From: Sphingomicrobium sp.
GTDB lineage: Bacteria; Pseudomonadota; Alphaproteobacteria; Sphingomonadales; Sphingomonadaceae
Direction of reading: 5' to 3'
NCBI GenBank assembly: GCA_039933195.1
Contig: JBDTON010000067.1
Span: 5,033 to 69,032 of the forward strand
DNA: 64,000 bases
The translations under genes and the position numbers were made by a program. Below are positions 56,943 to 64,000 of this stretch, one piece after another. Under the pieces are notes generated by a model. The model was not told the DNA's origin, made no database searches, and saw only the letters and a program-made list of their open reading frames with translations. Numbering within the stretch: the first letter of the stretch is position 1; each line of letters starts with the position of its first letter.

Positions 56943-58292
56943 ATGCCTTTGCCCACCGTCGCGATCATCGGCCGGCCCAACGTCGGGAAATCGACCCTGT
57001 TCAACCGGCTGGTGGGCAAGCGTCTGGCGCTGGTCGACGACCGGCCGGGCGTGACCCGCGACCGCCGCGAGGGCGAGGCGAAGCTGCTCGGGCTGGATTT
57101 CCGGCTGATCGACACTGCGGGATTTGAGGACGAGAACCCGCACACGCTTCCGGGCAGAATGCGGCAACAGACCGAAGCCGCGGTTCGCGAAGCTGACGCC
57201 GCATTGTTCATGGTTGATGCCCGCGAGGGCGTCACTCCGCTCGACGAGGAGATTGGCCGCTGGCTGCGCGCCGAGGCGACGCCGGTGATCCTCGTCGCCA
57301 ACAAGGCCGAAGCAAGATCCGGCGAGTCCGGAATTCTCGACGCCTATCGCCTTGGGCTTGGCGAGCCGATCGGCCTCAGCGCCGAGCACGGCGAGGGCAT
57401 CGTCGACCTTTTCGAAGCGCTGCGTCCGCACGTCGAGCATGAGCATTTCGCAGCTGCGGATGAAGAATCCGAAGGCGCGCCACTCAAGCTCGCGATCGTC
57501 GGGCGGCCCAACGCCGGCAAGTCGACGCTGGTCAACGCAATGCTCGGCGAAGAGCGAATGATCACCGGCCCCGAAGCCGGGATCACGCGAGACTCGATCA
57601 GCCTGCAATGGGAATGGAAGGGCCAACCGGTCCAGCTGGTCGATACCGCGGGTCTGCGCAAACGGGCGAAGGTCGAGGATAAACTCGAGCGGCTGTCGGC
57701 CGCCGACACCAAACGCGCAATCGATTTTGCCGAAGTCGTGGTCCTTCTCCTCGACGCCACGCGGGGCCTCGAATCTCAGGACCTGAGGATCGCCAATCAG
57801 GTGATCGAGGAGGGCCGCGCCCTGATCATCGCGCTCAACAAGTGGGACGTCGCGGAACATGCGTCGTCGCTGTTCAATGGCGTGAAGTCCGCGCTGACCG
57901 AGGGGCTGGCGCAGCTGAAGGACGTGCCTTTGCTGACTGTCTCGGGGAAGACGGGCAAGGGCATCGACACCCTTCTCCAAGTGGCGTTCGACCTGCGCGA
58001 CGCGTGGGCGCGGCGGATCTCCACGGGCGAGCTCAATCGCTGGTTCGAGGCGGCGGTAGAGGCGAATCCGCCGCCTGCCCCGCGCGGGCAGCGCATCAAG
58101 CTGCGCTACGTCACTCAGGTGAAGAGCCGGCCGCCAACCTTCGTCGTCTTCGGCAACCGAACCGACGAGCTGCCGGAGAGCTACCGCCGCTATCTCATCA
58201 ACGCCTTGCGCCGCGATCTCAAGCTTGGCCCGGTCCCGCTGCGGCTCGACTTTCGCGGGCGGGCAAACCCCTTCGACCGGGCCAGGCGCTAA
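56943..58292 (+). CDS. der: Ribosome biogenesis GTPase Der (EngA)
   Basis: Two G domains (GRPNVGKS, GRPNAGKS), DTAG twice, KH-like C-terminus. Confidence 0.97.
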   Translation: MPLPTVAIIGRPNVGKSTLFNRLVGKRLALVDDRPGVTRDRREGEAKLLGLDFRLIDTAGFEDENPHTLPGRMRQQTEAAVREADAALFMVDAREGVTPLDEEIGRWLRAEATPVILVANKAEARSGESGILDAYRLGLGEPIGLSAEHGEGIVDLFEALRPHVEHEHFAAADEESEGAPLKLAIVGRPNAGKSTLVNAMLGEERMITGPEAGITRDSISLQWEWKGQPVQLVDTAGLRKRAKVEDKLERLSAADTKRAIDFAEVVVLLLDATRGLESQDLRIANQVIEEGRALIIALNKWDVAEHASSLFNGVKSALTEGLAQLKDVPLLTVSGKTGKGIDTLLQVAFDLRDAWARRISTGELNRWFEAAVEANPPPAPRGQRIKLRYVTQVKSRPPTFVVFGNRTDELPESYRRYLINALRRDLKLGPVPLRLDFRGRANPFDRARR

Positions 58293-58371
58293 GGAGACGT
58301 TTACCCTTTTGCGGCTATCGCCTCAGCCAGTGGGACCATGCCGGAAGCACCCGGCGCTTAAGGAGCAGCCT

Positions 58372-58812
58372 GTGACCGACGAGGCTCGAGACATCGTCGA
58401 TTGGGCGCATTTCGAGAAGAGCCGGACCGAGCTTGGGCCGGGCTTCATCCGGATTCTGGCCTATTTCAAGGAAGATGGAGTCAAGTCGATCGCGCAGATC
58501 GAACAGGCGATGCGCGAGCAGAACACGACCGGGCTCGTCCTTCCGGCACACACGCTCAAGGGCGAATCGCGCCAGCTCGGCGCCGAACCGGTAGCCAAGA
58601 TCGCCGAGCTCATCGAGACCACTGCGCGCTTCTGCATCGAAAGCCACCGCTTCCCGGACGAGCTGGTGCCCGAAGTGGTCGAGCTTCGCCGCCTGTTCAG
58701 CGAGACGGTCGAGCAATTCGAAAAGGCCACCAATCCGCTGATGACTCGCTCTCCGTCGAGCCCCGGCGCGTTCGGACGCAAGGTCAACAACCAGGGCTTC
58801 GGGCGGATCTAG
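58372..58812 (+). CDS. Hpt domain protein
   Basis: AHTLKGES.QLGA motif. AAGGAG RBS. Confidence 0.88.
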   Translation: MTDEARDIVDWAHFEKSRTELGPGFIRILAYFKEDGVKSIAQIEQAMREQNTTGLVLPAHTLKGESRQLGAEPVAKIAELIETTARFCIESHRFPDELVPEVVELRRLFSETVEQFEKATNPLMTRSPSSPGAFGRKVNNQGFGRI

Positions 58813-59288
58813 TCCTTGGCCGGCTCCGACTGGAGCTGGACGTAATTCTGGATTCCCATCCGGCCGATCATCTCGAACTGCTGCTCGAGCGTGTCGACAT
58901 GCTCTTCCTCGTTGTCGAGGATCCCAGAGAAGAGGTCGCGGCTCACGTAATCGTGCACCTTCTCGCAATGCGCGATCGCGCCCTTGAGCTGGCCCAGCGC
59001 TTCCATTTCGAGTTCGAGGTCGGCCTTGAGGATCTCCTCGACGTTCTCGCCGATGTGCAGCCGCCCCAGCAGCTGGAAGTTGGGGAGGCCGTCGAGGAAC
59101 AGGATCCGTTCGGCGAGGCGGTCGGCATGCTTCATCTCGTCGATCGATTCCGAGCGCTCGAACTGGGCGAGCTTGTGCACCCCCCAATTGTCGAGCAGTC
59201 GGTAGTGCAGCCAATATTGGTTGGTCGCGGTGAGCTCGTTCTTCAGAGCTTCATTGAGCAGCTCGATGACCTTGGGGTCGCCCTTCAT
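58809..59288 (-). CDS. bfr: Bacterioferritin
   Basis: MKGDPKVI, NELTA.NQY.LH, EMKHAD, EEEHVD. Confidence 0.96.
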   Translation of the reverse strand: MKGDPKVIELLNEALKNELTATNQYWLHYRLLDNWGVHKLAQFERSESIDEMKHADRLAERILFLDGLPNFQLLGRLHIGENVEEILKADLELEMEALGQLKGAIAHCEKVHDYVSRDLFSGILDNEEEHVDTLEQQFEMIGRMGIQNYVQLQSEPAKD

Positions 59289-59347
59289 GTGCAGGCCTCC
59301 GTCGCGTCGCGGGGCCGCGATTGCGCCGGGACTAGGCGCCGGTCAAG

Positions 59348-59539
59348 TCAGGCAACCACGCGCAGGCGCGGAGCCTTGCCGAGCTCCTCGTCGAGGATCT
59401 CCTGCGCGTAGTCGAGGCAGCAGCCGCACTGCGGTTCGCACCCGAGCTTGGCATAAGCCGCTTCCGGCGTTCGCGCGTCGCGCCCCGCCACTTCGCGCAG
59501 CTCGTGCTCAGTGATGGCGTTGCAGTTGCACACGATCAT
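59348..59539 (-). CDS. bfd: Bacterioferritin-associated ferredoxin
   Basis: MIVCNCN...CGCC, directly upstream of bfr. Confidence 0.88.
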   Translation of the reverse strand: MIVCNCNAITEHELREVAGRDARTPEAAYAKLGCEPQCGCCLDYAQEILDEELGKAPRLRVVA

Positions 59540-59559
59540 GGGGAGGTTATAAACGATAA

Positions 59560-59574
59560 TGCGAACTATTCGCA
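59560..59574. promoter_or_regulatory. Fur-type iron-responsive operator
   Basis: Palindrome TGCGAA-CTA-TTCGCA just upstream of bfd-bfr. Confidence 0.7.
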
Positions 59575-59585
59575 ACTACTTTGTT

Positions 59586-60044
59586 CTAGCGCTTGCGGAG
59601 CGCTTGTCTGGCGATGAAGGCGGTGGGCAGTCCGACGAGCACGATGTGGGCGAACAGCTGGGTCACGATCGACAGCGTTTTCGGCGGAAGCGGCGTTCCG
59701 AAGCGCAGCGGGACCACCAGCCAGTTCATCGCGAAATACGTGAGGACGCCATAGGCCATCGCCGAACGTACCGGCGTGTCGAGCAGCTGCGGCCTCCAGC
59801 GAGAAAGCAATACGAACCCGGTCACCATGACGGCCATCAATGTGAAGTGGACCACCAGACCGAGGATTGCACCGGCGGCGCCCATGTCCGTGGCCGCCGG
59901 GAAGGGCCCCGAGGCGACGAAGCGCAGCATGTTCGGAATCTGCCGGCCGAAGGAGACGGTGAGGATCATCGCGAACAGAATGTCGAGCGTGCCCGAAACC
60001 AGGGTCGCGAGAGCGATCGGCTTGGCAATCGAATGTCCGGTCAT
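59586..60044 (-). CDS. Hypothetical multi-TM membrane protein
   Basis: GTLDI, VASG, GLVVHF, MNWLVVPL, four hydrophobic segments. Confidence 0.7.
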   Translation of the reverse strand: MTGHSIAKPIALATLVSGTLDILFAMILTVSFGRQIPNMLRFVASGPFPAATDMGAAGAILGLVVHFTLMAVMVTGFVLLSRWRPQLLDTPVRSAMAYGVLTYFAMNWLVVPLRFGTPLPPKTLSIVTQLFAHIVLVGLPTAFIARQALRKR

Positions 60045-60058
60045 GTTCGCTTCCCCCT

Positions 60059-60463
60059 TCAGCGATGTTCTTTCCTGATCACCAGCTTCAGCCCTGACCA
60101 GATGTCGTCGACCGAGCAGACCTTCACGTCGACCAAATGCATCGGCAGCGCGACGTCGCGGATCACGTCCTCGGTGATGTCGGTCGGGACCCTCGACGCT
60201 TTCTTCGGCCAGCTGACCCAGATCATGCCCCCCGGCTGCAGCCGCGGCAGGAGTTGCTTGAGCTTGGCCTCGAGGTCAGCGCGCTCGGTCACGAAAACAT
60301 GCGCGGCATCCATCAGCGGCTTAGGCCTGTCGAGGAGCTGCAGATGCGGTCCTTCGGCTGCGACCTCTTGACGCACGCTCTCGGGCATTCCGTCCCACCA
60401 CACGCGCATGCCGTCTTTGAGCGACAGCTTCTTCGCCAACGGCGTCCCGGAGTAGCCGGACAT
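60059..60463 (-). CDS. DUF3052-like protein
   Basis: GYSGTPLAKKL, WVSWPKKAS, LVDVKVC..WSGLK. Confidence 0.8.
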   Translation of the reverse strand: MSGYSGTPLAKKLSLKDGMRVWWDGMPESVRQEVAAEGPHLQLLDRPKPLMDAAHVFVTERADLEAKLKQLLPRLQPGGMIWVSWPKKASRVPTDITEDVIRDVALPMHLVDVKVCSVDDIWSGLKLVIRKEHR

Positions 60464-60470
60464 CACGTCT

Positions 60471-60587
60471 TCGCTCCTCCCTGCGAGCGAAGCTCGTGGG
60501 GAGGGGGACCGCTCAGCACAGCTGCTCCACCACGCAATCTTCTTTGCGCGGTCCCGCTCCCCATTGCTGCGCAATAGGGAGGAGCGA
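60471..60587. repeat. Composite REP-like element, family B
   Basis: 12-bp terminal IR TCGCTCCTCCCT/AGGGAGGAGCGA with inner GGGGAG..GGACCG/CGGTCC..CTCCCC arms. Confidence 0.75.
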
Positions 60588-60596
60588 GTCCAGTCA

Positions 60597-62873
60597 TCAG
60601 AATTCCGGCGTCAGTTCGCTGCCCATCAGCTTGGGGAAGAAGCCCTCGTGCCGGGCGCGGAGCTCGGTGAGTGGGACTTCACAAAGGGAGCGGGTTTGAT
60701 GCGAATCCACCGCGATGGCGTCGCCACCGGTCCAGCCGATGAAACAGCAGCCAACGCCCTGTTCGACGGCCATTTTCTCGATCACATGTTGGCTATGCGG
60801 CTCCGTCACGATGAAGCGCGACTGAGTCTCCCCGAACATCGACCATGCGTGCTGGATTTTCTCGCGGTCGACCTGGTTTTCGAAGGTTTCCACCACGAGC
60901 CGGGCGCCGATGCTTCCGGCAAGCGCCATCTCCGCGACGGCAACCAGGATTCCGCCGTCGGAGACGTCATGGACTGCGGTGGCCAGCCCTTCGCAAACGA
61001 GCTGACGGACGAAGTCGCCGTTGCGCCGTTCGGCGGGCAAATTCACGCGGGGCGGCGGGCCGTCGCGTCGTCCATGGCAGATGTCGAGCCACATCGATTG
61101 GCCCATCTCGGGGCGGCTGCGTGGATCGGCGCCGATGAGCAAAATTCGCTCTGCTTCAGCCTTGAATGCGATCGAGCTACTCGTCTCCCAGTCAGCGAGC
61201 AGACCGACGCCGCCGATCGCCGGCGTGGGGAGGATCGCGAGGCTGGTGCCGTCCTCGCCCTTGGTCTCGTTGTAGAGGCTGACGTTGCCGCTCACGACGG
61301 GGAAGTCGAGGGCGCGGCACGCTTCGGCGATGCCTTCGATGCAGCCCACGAACTGGCCCATGATCTCAGGCCGCTGCGGGTTGCCGAAGTTGAGGCAGTT
61401 GGTGATCGCCAGAGGCTTTGCGCCGACCGCGCAGAGGTTGCGATAGGCCTCCGCGACGGCCTGCTTCCCGCCCTCGACCGGATCGGCGTAGCAATAGCGC
61501 GGCGTGCAGTCGGTGGTGATCGCCAGCGCCTTTTTCGATCCATGCACGCGCACCACTGCCGCGTCGCCGCCAGGGGGCTGGACGGTGTCGGCGCCAACGG
61601 ACTGGTCGTACTGCTCCCACACCCAGCGGCGGCTGGCGAGCGCCGGGGAGGCCATGAGGTTGAGCAGATCCGCGGCGATGTCCGTGCTCTCGGGAATGTC
61701 CGTCAGCGGCTCGGGCGGCTTCGGGATCGCGTACGGCCGCTCGTACAGCGGCGCCTCGTCGGCCAGCGGGTCCAGCGGGATGTCGGCGACGGTCTCGCCG
61801 TTCCACACCAGCTCCATTCGTCCCGTGTCGGTCACCTCGCCGATCACCGCGAAGTCGAGCTCCCATTTCTTGAAGATGGCCTCGGCCTCGCCTTCCCGGC
61901 CGGGCTTCAGGACCATCAGCATGCGTTCCTGGCTTTCGGAGAGCATCATTTCGTAGGGAGTCATGCCTTCCTCGCGGCACGGCACCTTGTTCATGTCGAG
62001 GCGGATTCCGACGCCGCCCTTGCTCGCCATTTCGACCGAGGAGGAGGTGAGGCCGGCCGCGCCCATGTCCTGGATTGCGACGATCGCGTCCGAGGCCATC
62101 AGCTCGAGGCAGGCTTCGATCAGCAGCTTCTCGGTGAACGGGTCGCCGACCTGGACGGTGGGTCTTTTCTCCTCGCTGTCCTCGGAGAAGTCCGCGCTGG
62201 CCATGGTCGCGCCGTGGATTCCGTCGCGGCCGGTTTTCGAGCCGACATAGACGACGGAATTGCCAATGCCGGCCGCTGCCGAGTAGAAAATCTTGTCGGT
62301 TTTCGCGACTCCGACCGTCATCGCATTGACTAGGATGTTGCCGTCGTAAGCGGCGTCGAAATTGACCTCGCCGCCGACGGTCGGGACTCCGACGCAATTG
62401 CCGTAGCCCCCGATCCCCGCGACCACGCCGGCGACCAGGTGCCGCGTTTTTGGGTGATCCGGGCGGCCGAAACGGAGCGCATTGAGATTGGCGACCGGTC
62501 GCGCGCCCATTGTGAAGACGTCGCGCAGGATCCCGCCAACGCCTGTCGCCGCGCCCTGATAGGGCTCGATGTAGGACGGGTGGTTGTGGCTCTCCATCTT
62601 GAAGATCGCCGCGTCGCCGTCGCCGATGTCGATGATGCCGGCATTTTCGCCCGGGCCGCAGATCACCCACGGCGCCTCGGTCGGCAGCTTCTTCAGGTGG
62701 ATGCGCGAGCTTTTGTAGCTGCAATGCTCCGACCACATGACCGAGAAGATGCCGAGCTCAACGACATTTGGCTCGCGGCCGAGAGCTTTCAGGATGCGCT
62801 GGTATTCCTCCTCACTGAGCCCGTGCTCGGCGATCATTTCCGGAGTGATGCACGGTGCTTCGAGGACGTCCAT
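60597..62873 (-). CDS. purL: Phosphoribosylformylglycinamidine synthase subunit PurL
   Basis: [47 protein letters not shown]. Confidence 0.97.
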   Translation of the reverse strand: MDVLEAPCITPEMIAEHGLSEEEYQRILKALGREPNVVELGIFSVMWSEHCSYKSSRIHLKKLPTEAPWVICGPGENAGIIDIGDGDAAIFKMESHNHPSYIEPYQGAATGVGGILRDVFTMGARPVANLNALRFGRPDHPKTRHLVAGVVAGIGGYGNCVGVPTVGGEVNFDAAYDGNILVNAMTVGVAKTDKIFYSAAAGIGNSVVYVGSKTGRDGIHGATMASADFSEDSEEKRPTVQVGDPFTEKLLIEACLELMASDAIVAIQDMGAAGLTSSSVEMASKGGVGIRLDMNKVPCREEGMTPYEMMLSESQERMLMVLKPGREGEAEAIFKKWELDFAVIGEVTDTGRMELVWNGETVADIPLDPLADEAPLYERPYAIPKPPEPLTDIPESTDIAADLLNLMASPALASRRWVWEQYDQSVGADTVQPPGGDAAVVRVHGSKKALAITTDCTPRYCYADPVEGGKQAVAEAYRNLCAVGAKPLAITNCLNFGNPQRPEIMGQFVGCIEGIAEACRALDFPVVSGNVSLYNETKGEDGTSLAILPTPAIGGVGLLADWETSSSIAFKAEAERILLIGADPRSRPEMGQSMWLDICHGRRDGPPPRVNLPAERRNGDFVRQLVCEGLATAVHDVSDGGILVAVAEMALAGSIGARLVVETFENQVDREKIQHAWSMFGETQSRFIVTEPHSQHVIEKMAVEQGVGCCFIGWTGGDAIAVDSHQTRSLCEVPLTELRARHEGFFPKLMGSELTPEF

Positions 62874-62906
62874 GGCGGCGCTCCTAGCCGCCCCACCGAC
62901 GCAAGC

Positions 62907-63998
62907 CTAGATGTCGTGACGGAGGAACTTCTCGCCAGAGAAGATGAAGGTCTGCGGGCGTCCGTCGATGAAGTTCGCGAAGCTTGCGCGCTCGGGCGAC
63001 CAGCGCTCGTCGCCGACGCGCCAGAGATTGTTCCCGACACGAGTCATCGGCGTCTCCGTCCCAATCCACAATTTGCCGCCGCGCTCGACGACGATTGCGG
63101 TTCCGATCCACGGACTGTCGTTGACGTAGCGGCCGGCGAGCGGCGCCAGGTTCGCATCGGATGGGGCGACCATTCCCACGGCGCCCTGCCGCACGAAGCT
63201 CAGCGGTCCCCAGCTGACGGCTGTGATCGCGCCCTTGCTGCGCTCGAACAGCAGCGAGAATTGGCGGAACGCCGGATGCGTCGTGCGGAAGAAATCCGCG
63301 CCCCAGAGCTGGAGCGGAGCCGATTGTCCGTTCGCGACCAGGGTTAGCGGACTGCCCGGTCGAATCTCGATTGCGCCGCTGGGGCCCGTATAACGTCCGA
63401 CATAGGCCGCGGCGTTCGTCAGTCGCGCGTCCAAAAGGGGCGGTGCCGGCAAGGGCTTCCCGGCCAACGCGTCGGTGAGCGTATCGACGGCGAAGCGCGT
63501 CAGCAGGCGCGGACGGTACTCGACGAAAGCGCTGATGGTCGAGCTCGCGAACGCTCCGACGCCGCTCGCCACGTCCACATGGAAAGAAGAGGAGAAGCTC
63601 ACCATTCCGCCGGTGTGGTGAAGATACAATCGGCCCGCGTTGCCGACGTGCATCAGGCCGTTGCCGTAGCTCATCCCCGGTGTGTCGCTGGAGACAGCGT
63701 GCGTCGCGTAGGTCCTGGCGAGCTGCGGCGGAAGCCCGAGGCCGCCGCGGCCTTGGGCAGCACTGGCAAGGAAGCGCAGGTAGCGGTTCATGTCCTCAGC
63801 GGTCGAGGCGACACTTCCGGCGGCGAACGTCACATCGACCCAAGCGGTTGGCGCCAGCGGGAGACCCCACGCGAAGGGGGCCGTCGGATCCGCCGACTCA
63901 TAGCCCTGCGCGTACATCGTGCGGTCGGCGCCGATGATCGCGCCGTGAGTGCGGCGCATTCCGAGCGGAACGAAGATCCGCTCTGCAAGCAGGCGGTT
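62907..63998 (-). CDS. Serine hydrolase / beta-lactamase-like protein, 5'-truncated by window edge
   Basis: Frame open to the edge. IFVPLGMRRT, AAGSVAST..DM, HHTGG. Confidence 0.8.
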   Translation of the reverse strand, partial: NRLLAERIFVPLGMRRTHGAIIGADRTMYAQGYESADPTAPFAWGLPLAPTAWVDVTFAAGSVASTAEDMNRYLRFLASAAQGRGGLGLPPQLARTYATHAVSSDTPGMSYGNGLMHVGNAGRLYLHHTGGMVSFSSSFHVDVASGVGAFASSTISAFVEYRPRLLTRFAVDTLTDALAGKPLPAPPLLDARLTNAAAYVGRYTGPSGAIEIRPGSPLTLVANGQSAPLQLWGADFFRTTHPAFRQFSLLFERSKGAITAVSWGPLSFVRQGAVGMVAPSDANLAPLAGRYVNDSPWIGTAIVVERGGKLWIGTETPMTRVGNNLWRVGDERWSPERASFANFIDGRPQTFIFSGEKFLRHDI

Positions 63999-64000
63999 GA

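Noticed and set aside
60660-60900. Divergent-looking PurL C-terminal segment as an intein or insertion
   Set aside because: No intein terminal motifs. Total length of 758 aa is near normal, and this region is naturally variable.

Overview
GC-rich alphaproteobacterial chromosome segment, most likely Sphingomonadaceae (Sphingomonas-like), judged from sciP, a bCerS-like ceramide synthase, phaC/phasin, the serC leader and CtrA/EcfG/RpoH-type motifs. It is mostly housekeeping (phaC, gmk, clpS, murA, RND pump, mnmA, pdxH, fabI, purA, serC/serA, xth, rplQ, guaA, panB, der, bfr, purL). I saw no rRNA, tRNA, transposase, integrase, phage gene or CRISPR array. Four things stand out. (1) A family of 23-24 bp imperfect palindromes (GTCYG..GGTCGAAA..GGAC) brackets small accessory genes like cassettes at 41.5-43.4 kb, with one more copy at 0.6 kb. 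(2) Two tandem small, secreted, Lys/His-rich Asr-like proteins (one missed by the ORF track) share a duplicated promoter motif exactly 85 bp upstream of each start and lie directly upstream of an OmpR-family two-component system. (3) rplQ is detached from rpoA and has a structured leader with a possible pseudoknot. (4) A ceramide synthase-like gene is divergent from a desaturase/hydroxylase gene. All product calls come from recognising motifs by eye; no database searches were run.
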